DNA of 63,824 nt, the filler included, from Octopus bimaculoides (lineage: Eukaryota): NCBI RefSeq assembly GCF_001194135.2. It is 6 parts of 6 records of this genome, joined end to end, with 100 filler letters (N's around TTAATTAATTAA, not from the genome) between each part and the next. Parts side by side here need not be neighbours in the genome. Positions count along the whole stretch, not along the records: positions 44,584 to 57,938 come from NC_068992.1; positions 58,039 to 60,717 come from NC_068987.1; 4 more parts are not named here. The stretch is one strand, 5' to 3'. Below the pieces are notes generated by a model. It saw only the letters and a program-made list of their open reading frames with translations, did no database searches and was not told where the DNA came from. The translations under genes were made by a program, and so were the position numbers. Positions 49,870-60,817 of the stretch are shown one piece after another (the first letter of the stretch is position 1; each line of letters begins with the position of its first letter).

Positions 49870-50758
49870 AATATATCGTCATAAATATACGTAACTCCTC
49901 ATCATAGCTTTCATTCTTTACATCTCCGGGTGTCCACTATGAAATTCATGTAATATCCATTTCTGTAGTACAGTTGGTACTACCACTCTTTGTGTGAACA
50001 TTAATACATCGTCGCAGAGTGAAAAATGGTTCGCATTCGTGTTTCTCTTTTGTTTATTTTTCAAGGTTTCCTTCTTTTTTATGATGTGTTTACCCTCCGC
50101 CGATTTAATTTTTATATTTTGTACAGTCACTGGCAACTCCTGAATGACATTACACATGACGTTTTTAGTTTCCTTTTCTGATTGTAATGCGGATATCACC
50201 GTATCACCCAGCAGTTCTGCATTCTTCGGAATTAGCCCAGATAAACTATCCGCATGGCTAATATTCTTAGAAGGAATGTACTCCATCTTAAAGATGTAAT
50301 TTAACAATATTCTTTTCTAGGCACAAGGCCCGAAATTTTGGGGGAGGGGACCAGTCGATTAGATTGACTCCAGTACGCAACTGGTACTTAATTTATTGAC
50401 CCCGAAAGGATGAAAGACAAAGTCAACCTCGCCGGAATTTGAACTCAGAACGTAAAGACAGATGAACTACCGCTAAGCATTTCGCCTGGCATGCTAACGT
50501 TTCTGCCAGCTCGCCGCCTTTAACAATATTGTACCCCAGTGTTGTAATCTGTTAGCTGTACGGTTAGGATTCATTTCTTCGATCCGAAAATTGATAGTAA
50601 TGGTCGGTAGTCCGTCTGAAGTCGAAAACTTCTACCGTGGAGAAATCTGTGAAATTTCTCCATCGCAAAAGTAATCGCTAGAGCTTCTTTCTCTATCTGT
50701 AGATTTCATCTGCTGCAACCAAGACACGTGAGGCATGAACCACCACCTCCGTCTTACC
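49870..50758 (-). pseudogene. Ty3/Gypsy (Mag/K02A2.6-like) pol fragment, RNase H to integrase Zn-finger, interrupted by a SINE
   Basis: HASRVL..Y-QIEKEALAITFAMEKFHRFLHGRSFRLQTDYRPLLSIFGSKK..NRLQHWGTI|LLNYIFKMEY..HADSLS..RVVVPTVLQKWILHEFHSGHP..RMKAMMRSYVY. Confidence 0.9.
50312..50518 (-). mobile_element. SINE family B with 12 bp TSD
   Basis: TTTAACAATATT at 50300-50311 and 50519-50530. Confidence 0.9.
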
Positions 50759-51787
50759 NNNNNNNNNNNNNNNNNNNNNNNNNNNNNNNNNNNNNNNNNN
50801 NNNNNNNNNNNNNNNNNNNNNNNNNNNNNNNNNNNNNNNNNNNNNNNNNNNNNNNNNNNNNNNNNNNNNNNNNNNNNNNNNNNNNNNNNNNNNNNNNNNN
50901 NNNNNNNNNNNNNNNNNNNNNNNNNNNNNNNNNNNNNNNNNNNNNNNNNNNNNNNNNNNNNNNNNNNNNNNNNNNNNNNNNNNNNNNNNNNNNNNNNNNN
51001 NNNNNNNNNNNNNNNNNNNNNNNNNNNNNNNNNNNNNNNNNNNNNNNNNNNNNNNNNNNNNNNNNNNNNNNNNNNNNNNNNNNNNNNNNNNNNNNNNNNN
51101 NNNNNNNNNNNNNNNNNNNNNNNNNNNNNNNNNNNNNNNNNNNNNNNNNNNNNNNNNNNNNNNNNNNNNNNNNNNNNNNNNNNNNNNNNNNNNNNNNNNN
51201 NNNNNNNNNNNNNNNNNNNNNNNNNNNNNNNNNNNNNNNNNNNNNNNNNNNNNNNNNNNNNNNNNNNNNNNNNNNNNNNNNNNNNNNNNNNNNNNNNNNN
51301 NNNNNNNNNNNNNNNNNNNNNNNNNNNNNNNNNNNNNNNNNNNNNNNNNNNNNNNNNNNNNNNNNNNNNNNNNNNNNNNNNNNNNNNNNNNNNNNNNNNN
51401 NNNNNNNNNNNNNNNNNNNNNNNNNNNNNNNNNNNNNNCTGTTACCATCCTGATGCCCAAACCAGGGAACCAACCTTCACCAAACCTTGTATAGATGTTG
51501 AATATATATCCAGTTCAATTATAGGCTAATTGGATTTCAATTTCGATAAAGGACCGACTACGAGTGTTGGGCTATTACATGATAAAATGAGAGGGTGCAA
51601 AAGTGTTAGGTTCAGAGAAATGTGATATAATGAGGGTGGTTTATATCAGGGAAGGGGAGGAAACAGGAAGAAATAGACACACAGGGAATGTGAGAGACAG
51701 ACAGAGAGAACGACAGACAGCGACGTCTTCCATATATATAAAATAGAGTTTGTGTGTGTGTGTGTACATATCTTCCTTATGCATTCG

Positions 51788-52803
51788 AAAACCGAGTTGC
51801 TGATTTTGACATATGGGGTATCAAAAGATTCAGTAATCTTACGACTATCAAATAAACTTTATTTTCGTTTACATATTTGCATTACAAAAATTTTACATTA
51901 TTTTTGCTATACGTCAATTATATGTAAACATTTTATACCACGACAACGGTGACGACGTCACATTTTCTATATGAGTGTGTACCTTAAAAGACATCCATTT
52001 CTCTATAGGTTATGATGAAATACAGGCACACACTTTCTCTCTCGCATGCACACGCACATACATACACAAAAGATGTACGCATATGTATTTATGCATGTGT
52101 ATATGCAAGATGTGTGTGAAACAGAGAGAGAGAGAGAGAGAGACTGAATGAGGGCCACTTACACATACATCACACACACCTTCACTCACTCTCTCTCCTT
52201 CTTCCTCTTTCTCTCACGCACAGACGCCACACGCACATACACACACACGCTCGTACGTCCATTTCATATACACCTACATACATCTTTCACTTTCTCTTCT
52301 TTTTCACTTTCTGCTCTATTCAAAGCATAAGGAAATAAAAAAAATTACGGAAATTAATGAATATATTGGAAAACTGAGTTGCCGATTTTGACGTATGGGA
52401 TATCAAAAGATTCAGTAATCTTTCAGCTAACAAATAAACTTTATTTCATTTATATATTTGCATAACAAAGAATTTTCATTATAGTTTTTCTATAATTCAT
52501 CTATCCTAAACGACATTTTATTACCTCGACGACGATGACGTCACATTTTCTATATGTGTACCTTAAAAAACACCCATTTCTTTTTATGTTATGAGGAAAT
52601 ACAGTCACTCACATTCTCTTTCACTTGCACACGCACACAGACCCACAAAAAAGATGTATGCATATGTATTTATGTACGTGTATATGAAAGATGATGTCTG
52701 TGTGAGACACACAGAGAGTGTCACTTACAAATACATGCAAAAAATGCATACGCCTTCATTCACTCACGCTCTCACACACACACAAACACACACATGCACA
52801 CAT

Positions 52804-52837
<34 letters not shown>

Positions 52838-53000
52838 CCATCTCTTATACACGTACATACATCTTTCACTTTCTCCTCTCTTTCACTTTCTACTCTCACT
52901 TCAAAGCAAATATCGCCTTTTCACTTTCTCCTCTCTTTCAATTTCTGCTCTCTTCAAAGCATAAAGAAATAAAACCAAATTTTACGGAAGTTAACGAACA
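51788..53000 (+). repeat. Diverged tandem duplication (~580 + ~630 bp)
   Basis: Units start AAAAC[C/T]GAGTTGC..GATTTTGAC at ~51788 and ~52370 and are colinear to TTACGGAA.TTAA.GAA. Confidence 0.9.
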
Positions 53001-53120
53001 ATCACATGATCCCATATGATCGACCATATGATCAAGTTGACGTCTTTACTGCTTCAAACAAAAAAGTGCTATAAGATAACTTCCTTTGGCACACACACAC
53101 GCGTACGCGCACGCGCACGT

Positions 53121-53155
<35 letters not shown>

Positions 53156-53376
53156 AACACACATACAACGCACACACACACACACAAACAAAAACACACA
53201 CATGCTAGGTGAAACATCTGCATAAATTATGTTATTTCTTGCTATGTGCACGCGCAAAATTAAAGCACAAATCCAATTGAAATTACCTTTTTCTATTCTG
53301 TAATTCGTGTTTGTGATGAGAGTATTTAAAACCTGATCTTCGATATAAGTTTAAAAGGAAATTCGCTTTACCTTTC

Positions 53377-53612
53377 GTTTCTTATTTCTTTATTGCCCAC
53401 AAGGGGCTAAACATAGAGGGGACAAACAAGGACAGACAAACGGATTAAGTCGATTACATCGACCCCAGTGCGTAACTGGTACTTAATTTATCGACCCCCA
53501 AAAGGATGAAAGGTAAAGTCGACCTCGGCGGAATTTGTACTCAGAACGTAACGGCAGACGAAATACCGCTAAGCATTTCACCCAGCGTGCTAACGTTTCT
53601 GCCAGCTCGCCG
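53377..53612 (-). mobile_element. SINE family B variant-tail copy
   Basis: Family B head plus tail TTATTTCTTTATTGCCCACAAGGGGCTAAAC (also at 34505). CTTTACCTTT on both flanks. Confidence 0.85.
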
Positions 53613-54090
53613 CTTTACCTTTTGTTTCTAGCATGTATAAGGTGACATTTGCACCATTCTTCCTCTGATTTTTTTTCCTAAATTTCTACCTATTCCTACT
53701 TTTTCAATACAGGGGATTAGGATTTCGCCCCAAACACGTTCTCAATATGTTAATTCTCTCCCTCCCTATCCCAATTTCTTCATTCTTTACTTCTTTCGAA
53801 TATTTTCTTGGTAATCCACGGAGAAAAAACAGAGAGTACGAACCTTTAAGAATTTTCTTCTTTTTTCTTAAAGAAACACTAAAATCTCCTCCCTAAACAT
53901 CCACCCATCACCTCATCACTTTCAAAATGCTACAAACTCCCAATGTTTCACTTTTAGCTTTTTTGGAAAGCGGGAAGTTCCTTCAGATATAATATCGTTT
54001 ACCTGTTGTTTCTAGCATGTCGGGTTTTCTGATGGTGCTCAACCGCCAAGTGCCCACAAAGGCCAATTTTGTTGGTCATTCTGATGTTTA

Positions 54091-54572
54091 CGGTTTTTTG
54101 CAATGAAGTAATGTTCTCATTCTTCTATTTAAAAAATGCGTAAGAAACAGCTGCAAAGAGCTGACATTGGAATACAACAGCATTATTTTCCATCTAAATA
54201 AAACACTGTAAAGGTAGAATTACAAATATGAAATAGTGGTGCAACAAGGCACCAATGTTTGTTGGAAATAGCAGTCGGTAACAGTATGACGCTATGTAAA
54301 ACTTCACTGAATATATACTGGCAAAGATGTGTGCGGGCTACGAATATAAAAAATTTTCATCTTACCTGTAGTAAGAACACCGGATAGATGAACAACCTAG
54401 AGTGGATAATCTAGTACTCGAGTTTCGGACTTTCCTAATACGCCTGTTATCGAAAATTCGGTTAGTCCCCATCAGCTAGATTCCCTAATGGATAATTGTA
54501 AGCTCATTACAGCTGTTTCTCATGCATTTCTTAAATACAAGAATGAGAACATTAGTTCATTGCAAAAGATCG
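54091..54572. mobile_element. MITE, ~480 bp, ~75 bp TIRs, TA flanks (Tc1/mariner-type)
   Basis: 54091-54165 (CGGTTTTTTGCAATGAAGTAATGTTCTCATTCTT..AGAAACAGCTG) is the reverse complement of ~54498-54572. TA lies immediately outside both ends. Confidence 0.8.
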
Positions 54573-55704
54573 TAATCATTAGATGAAGCATAATTTCGAA
54601 AACAAAGAATATCTGAAGAATACAGCAGAGTCATTGGTGCCTTGTTGTGGCATCATTTGGTCAGGTCTATTATGTTTACATTTTATTGGTGATTTCACTA
54701 GGATATTCCGCCAGTACTCCTTTTTTTTATGAGTGGCTATGGTTTCTACCATACTATGGCTCCTCATTTCTTTGGCCTCCATGTTATCCTTCCGATGTAT
54801 CTCATTATACTGTATCTCATTATACTGTTAACTCCACAAAGTCTGCATCGGTTTATCACATTTTGCTACTTTTTCTGCGTCTCTGTCCTTTTTGTACATA
54901 AGGTTTTTGGTTGATATTTCTTTTTCCTGTATTTCAAACGCATACCCTTCGAAGTGAGAGTTAGTAATCCCGGTTATTGCTCCAAGATAGACTGCTTTGA
55001 TGATCAATGTTACTATCCTTCCGGAGATTTCTACAAACATATCCCTGCATGGTCTTCTGCTTTTATACGCTCATCCTTTCATCTGATGATGCGTTGCAGT
55101 AAAGTCGTGCGACTTCTTTGGGCTTGTATTTAAGGTTATCAGAGAAGAAATGCTACTCAAGTAGCTTCTCTCCGACTCTCATGATGTTATCAGCCTCATG
55201 TATGCAAACTTGGTCAAGTTCGACACTTGGTGGTGAAAAGATGTTGCCGAAGGGATATGATACGACATTAAAAGGTAGTCTGGATCAATGTTAAGCTTCT
55301 GTCCCTTTGTTTATGCTTTAGGTGGTGGCAATCTACGCCGCTATTGATGTGGAAATGATGTGTGCTTATTAGTATCCTCCGAATTTTCACATTCAATGGC
55401 TCGGATCTCACCAACGTCCGATCAAGAAGCCCAAATGTAGGTATGAGTACTGGCACTGCAAACACATCATGGGCCAATATTTTATTGAATACAGAGAGTT
55501 CTGAGGTCCATATTTTCTTTATTCAGCTGTAATATTCTTTAGTGACATGTGTCTTGTTACAGGTGCCCCCATAAGATATGTTTTTATCCATCCCTAGATA
55601 TCTATAACATTTCTCATCAAATACAGGGGAAACAGTTAAGTCATCGGTGGAGGTGTTGTTAGTAAGGTTTACAGTTTTCCCTTTTTTCATAGCCATATAG
55701 CAAC

Positions 55705-55705
<1 letters not shown>
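54573..55705 (-). pseudogene. Degraded R4/Dong-like LINE, same family as 19600-20900
   Basis: YRYLGMDKNISYGG, FAVPVLIPTFGLL, and RLE-type YWRNILVKSPIKCKHNRPD. Nucleotide-colinear with 19650-20930. Confidence 0.85.
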
Positions 55706-55706
<1 letters not shown>

Positions 55707-55735
<29 letters not shown>

Positions 55736-55800
55736 TGTATGTATGTATGTATGTATGTATGCATGCATGTATGTATGCATGTATGTATGTTTGCATGCAT
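55707..55800. repeat. (ATGT)n microsatellite
   Basis: Directly visible. Confidence 0.95.
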
Positions 55801-56289
55801 ACTGTATGCACCCATGTATGCGTGTACTTCTTTGCGAAGAACCTAACATCCCTACATGATTTAAACCTTACATCATCACATACACAAACAAGATTCGTCA
55901 CTCTTGTGGGCTATAACGAAATAAAAAAAAGTGACAAGAAATAAGTAAATAAATAGAACCAGACGCTTCTATGAATAGGGCTGAAGTTGCTGCATTCTTT
56001 CATTTCAGTTGACTGTCGTCAATGCACTTGATAATACGCCATGCCCCTGTCTGGTAGTGGTAATGATAATAACGATATTAGTGATAGTCACTTATGGTAT
56101 GGTTAGAGGGAGAATGGTAGTGGTGGTACAGCTGGAACTGGCAGTGAGTCTGGCCTGATTAGTACCGTATGTGGAATGTACTCTCTCCCTTCCTTCTTCT
56201 CTCTCTCTATATATATGTATTTTTATGTCTTTGTGTGTGTGTATAGTGTACCCACATATATCTTTTATCTTATGCTTTATTATTGTATA

Positions 56290-56670
56290 GATTTGTTTCA
56301 GTCATTGGGCTCCAGCTGCGCTGGGGCACTGCCTCGGAGAATTTAATCGAACAAATTGTCCCCATTACTTTTAAATCTTGTATTTTTCTGTTGTTCTCTT
56401 TTGTTGAACCGCTAATTTTAGGGAACGTGAAGAAACCAACAGCGGTTGATAAGCAATAGTGAATACAAAAATACACACAGACAGATATTTATAATTATAT
56501 ATGTGTGTGCGTGTGTACGTCGGTCTTTCAACACTTTCCATCTACCAAATTCACTCACGAAACATTTGGACGGCTTGGAGCGATATAAAAGTTAATTGCT
56601 CAAGATGCTGCGCAGTGGGACTGAACTCGAAACCAAGTGGTTGCAAAGTGTGCTTCTTAACCATACACCC
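56290..56670 (-). mobile_element. SINE family A, diverged
   Basis: TTTCAGTCATT..GCTGGGGCACTGCC..TCCATCTACCAAATTCACTCAC..GCGCAGTGGGACTGAAC. Confidence 0.75.
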
Positions 56671-56695
56671 ATGTCTTTACCCCCTCTCTCTCTCT

Positions 56696-56730
<35 letters not shown>

Positions 56731-56871
56731 CACACACACACAAACTGTCTGTCTCTCTCTCCCTCCCTCTCTCTCCCTCTCTCTTTCTCCACACACACTT
56801 ACATATATATATTAATAAATAATTTGACAATAAACTCAAGGATTACACAGCACTTTTTAGGAGAGTAGGAT

Positions 56872-57137
56872 TGTTATATGGACTATTAGATATGTAATTC
56901 GTCTGACGTTCCGTGTGTCCATGTGGTTCGTCTGAGTTCATTGTTTCATTGTTGTTGTCTTGTGTGACTGTCGTAGTAAAAGGTCATTGATATATATATG
57001 GCGGACATGACTTTTGTTTATTCATAACGAACATTGGGTGAGTGCGTTCTTTGTATGTAATTGAATAATAAATGTAATAATTAAATTTGTATAACTCGTT
57101 GTGTTATCTCTGCGAGTCTTCCGAGGGAAATACAACA
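56872..57137 (+). mobile_element. 5' LTR of a Ty3/Gypsy retrotransposon (266 bp)
   Basis: Starts TGT and ends ACA. TATATATA at ~56991, AATAAA at 57067. Followed within ~70 nt by a gag ORF. No second LTR is available to confirm the boundaries. Confidence 0.65.
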
Positions 57138-57209
57138 GTTTTGGTCGGCCCGAGGCTATAGTAGAAGGCACTTGCTTACTTTACCGTAAAATTATTCATC
57201 GTAATAACA

Positions 57210-57938
57210 ATGGCTGAAAAACAGACAGTAGAGCTTATTAAATTGTTTAGGGAACAAATGGACAAGCAAATGCAACAACATCAGAGAGATATGGACGCTC
57301 TGTTAAAACTGTTTGGTGCTCGAGAAGTTGAAGGCGATCCTAGTGGCTATTTTTCAGCTGCTTCGACAACGGNNNNNNNNNNNNNNNNNNNNNNNNNNNN
57401 NNNNNNNNNNNNNNNNNNNNNNNNNNNNNNNNNNNNNNNNNNNNNNNNNNNNNNNNNNNNNNNNNNNNNNNNNNNNNNNNNNNNNNNNNNNNNNNNNNNN
57501 NNNNNNNNNNNNNNNNNNNNNNNNNNNNNNNNNNNNNNNNNNNNNNNNNNNNNNNNNNNNNNNNNNNNNNNNNNNNNNNNNNNNNNNNNNNNNNNNNNNN
57601 NNNNNNNNNNNNNNNNNNNNNNNNNCCTAAAGATATCAACAACTTGATAATGGACGAAATCGTTGACTTCATGAAGGAACAGTTCGACCCTAAACTTTTC
57701 ATTGTGAGAGAGCGTTTCAGGTTTTGGAGTGATATGCAGCGGAAACCAGGCGAAACTCTCCAGGAGCTGACAGCAAGTATACGCCAGGGTGCAGCTACCT
57801 GTGATTTTCCAGCGATCACCAACCCACAGGATGAAGCTCTGAGACAGAGATTCATATGTTCGGTTAACAATGAAGCGGTTCTGAAGGCGCTTTTTAAGAT
57901 AAAAGACTCAGAACTAGATTTTGCCCGTGCTGTCCAGG
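57210..57938 (+). CDS. Ty3/Gypsy (Mag/K02A2.6-like) Gag, partial, interrupted by gaps
   Basis: MAEKQTVELIKLFREQM.. and FMKEQFDPKLFIVRERFRFWSDMQRKPGETLQEL..RQGAATCDF..DEALRQRFICSVNNEAVLKALF: retrotransposon Gag signature (ERFxF..xQxxGES..L..LA..C.F..D.LRD.F). Confidence 0.8.
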
Positions 57939-58134
57939 NNNNNNNNNNNNNNNNNNNNNNNNNNNNNNNNNNNNNNNNNNNNTTAATTAATTAANNNNNN
58001 NNNNNNNNNNNNNNNNNNNNNNNNNNNNNNNNNNNNNNCCCAAATCGGACTTTCAACCAGATAGAACTTTCGGCCTGACCAGACTTCCGGCCTGATCGGG
58101 CATTCGGCGGAGTTAGTTTATTCAGAAATTTAGA

Positions 58135-58905
58135 AGCTGGAAGATTTTCAGCTCAACTACTGGATCTGGGATATGGAAGCATTCAGCAAGACAGTAAAGA
58201 GGCATCACTTTTCCAAATGGCTGAGGTATTTTGGTCCAAATTGTAGAAGAGTTGATTACCAAGGTTTACCCAAACATTGGACATAATTTTCATGATTATG
58301 TTTGGTTTTGTGAAAGAGCTAAACTTGCACCAAAGAATGAAACTGTTCGGGTTGTCAATTGGAAATTTATGCAATCAATTAATATTGAGGGAAAAATTAT
58401 TCCTCAACTGATGCTGTCGTGGACCCCAATGAGGCTGTGAATTACTCTGAGTTTCTTAACTCTTTGGATCCACCTGGAATACCTTCCCACAAACTGACAT
58501 TGAAGAAAGGAGTTCCAATCATGCTTTTGAGAAATTGGGATCCTCCAAAGCTGTGCAATGGAACTACTGATTGTCAGGCAAATGCATCCCCATCTTTTGG
58601 AAGCAACAATCTTCACTGGACAAGGAAAGAGAGAAAATGTGCTTGTTCCAAGAATTTCACTGATTCCAACAGACATGCCCTTTGAATTCAAGCGACTTCA
58701 ATTTTCAGTGTAAGTTAGTCATGCAATGTCAATTAACAAGAGTCAAGGAAAGTCATTGAAAATTGTTGGACTTCACCTCATGCAGCAAAGCTTTTCCCAA
58801 CCAACTCTATTTTGGTTGTTCTAGATTTAGAAATGGCAACAATCTCTTCATACTCACATCAAACGATAAAAGCAAGAATGGTGTTTATCCTGTTGTTTTA
58901 CAGTG
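58135..58905 (+). pseudogene. Helitron RepHel, PIF1 helicase C-terminal fragment
   Basis: [92 protein letters not shown]. Frameshifted. Confidence 0.9.
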
Positions 58906-58998
58906 ATACGAAATTATCCAAATTTGATACTCTGTGATATAAATCTGAGATGGTAACGTACCAATAAATGCTTTATTATTAATGCCTTTCTTTTTGTT

Positions 58999-59072
58999 TT
59001 GGGCCGCAGGCCCAATTAGCCCTCCGCAGAAGCTAGCTTAAAAGTCCGTACGGAGAGTGGCTTTTAAGCTAG
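58999..59072 (+). other. Helitron-type 3' terminus: hairpins ending in CTAG|T
   Basis: TTGGGCC-GCA-GGCCCAA (58999-59015). CTAGCTTAAAAG..CTTTTAAGCTAG (59033-59072), followed by T. Confidence 0.65.
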
Positions 59073-60817
59073 TATATATACACAAAAACATAAATACATA
59101 CATACATGCATATATATATATATATCAAAAGTCAGGGTCCAATATGCACCTTTTTGCTAGATTATGAAGAAATTTGTGGGGAAAATTTTTTCGGGGACTT
59201 TCCCCATTTTTTTTAAACCAGCCCTCGAAATGGTGGGGGACATCTTTGTATGAAAAAAGTTTTGAAAACTCTTTGTTTTTACACCCCTCTCCCTCATCNN
59301 NNNNNNNNNNNNNNNNNNNNNNNNNNNNNNNNNNNNNNNNNNNNNNNNNNNNNNNNNNNNNNNNNNNNNNNNNNNNNNNNNNNNNNNNNNNNNNNNNNNN
59401 NNNNNNNNNNNNNNNNNNNNNNNNNNNNNNNNNNNNNNNNNNNNNNNNNNNNNNNNNNNNNNNNNNNNNNNNNNNNNNNNNNNNNNNNNNNNNNNNNNNA
59501 AAAAAAAAAAGAAAAATGTTTATATTTTTAGACTGTAAAGTGATTTAAGGGCGATTTGGCTGTTGTTTCTAGCACATCCAAAGACAACCCTCCTCGTTGC
59601 TTTACCACTCTCGCATGTATTGATGTTTTTCAATATTTCCCCCCATAAATACATGTATATGCTATAAAAAAAGGAAAATTCGAGAAATTTAGAATTTTTT
59701 TGCAACCCCACTCCCTGCTCCCGATTGTTTCTGTTTAGAAATTAAAATATTGGAGAGCCCGAGAAGGTCATTGCTGGCATTTATCCACAGTGATTTTTTT
59801 AAAATTACGGAGATGTATTTGCATAGCAAGTGACTTGATCTGAGATCGTGTGCTGAAACAAAAACAATTGCAGCGTGGACGATGTTTGTAAACCATTCAA
59901 GAACACACAAACACCGTTAGTTTCACTTCAACACTAAAACTTCATTTGTGTCAAAGTATTTTCGTCGCTTAGAAACCGCGACCTGTTCACTAACAAAACT
60001 TCACAAAAGTGATGCAGCACGAAGTTTTGTCAGTGAATAACACATGCACACACACGCACGCACACGCGCACATTCATTGCTTTTAATTTGTGTGTATGTG
60101 TATTTATGTGTATGTGTGTGCGTGAGTGTGTATTGGTGTGTGTGTGTGTGTGTGTCACTGTTGAAGTTGTGTTTGGAAACTGAATAAGGTGCAAGTTTGG
60201 AATACTTGTCGGTAACTTTTCGGTTTTTTTTCTTCTCCTCGTCTTCTAATAATAATTACCCAACTCTCTAGGCTCTTCTCACAGCTATCCCGAGTTCAAA
60301 AATTATAGGTGTATTTAAAAAAATTTTCATTCAACAAATAATGTTTTTACATTACGTATACATTAATAGCGAATTAAAACTTAAAAGAGAAAGTGAGAGA
60401 CTTTGCAAATGAAAATGGAATGCTCCGAAGAGAGTGCAATGAATATTTGAATTTGTGATGAATTGGATGCAGTGAATATTTAAATTTGCGAGAAATTGGA
60501 GTTTTAAAAAATTCAATAGACTTGAGAAATCGAAATTATAGGAAATTTCTTAGAAATGAATTTATAAAAATATTTCCAGACGGTCAACCCTTTTATAATT
60601 GCTTTCTTATAGTACTTTTAGTAATTGTTACATGCCTAATTAATAAGCAACTTTCTCCATTATAGTATAGATTCAATAAAGTCCAATAAAATACAATCTT
60701 AATATATAAAACTGAAANNNNNNNNNNNNNNNNNNNNNNNNNNNNNNNNNNNNNNNNNNNNTTAATTAATTAANNNNNNNNNNNNNNNNNNNNNNNNNNN
60801 NNNNNNNNNNNNNNNNN

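Noticed and set aside
51440-51510. VTILMPKPGNQP, resembling a LINE RT 'IPKPGK' motif
   Set aside because: Only ~12 residues at a gap edge; not supportable.
57210-58905. Apparent Gypsy gag-Helitron helicase fusion
   Set aside because: The two are separated by an artificial 100 bp scaffold spacer (57939-58038), so there is no evidence of real contiguity.
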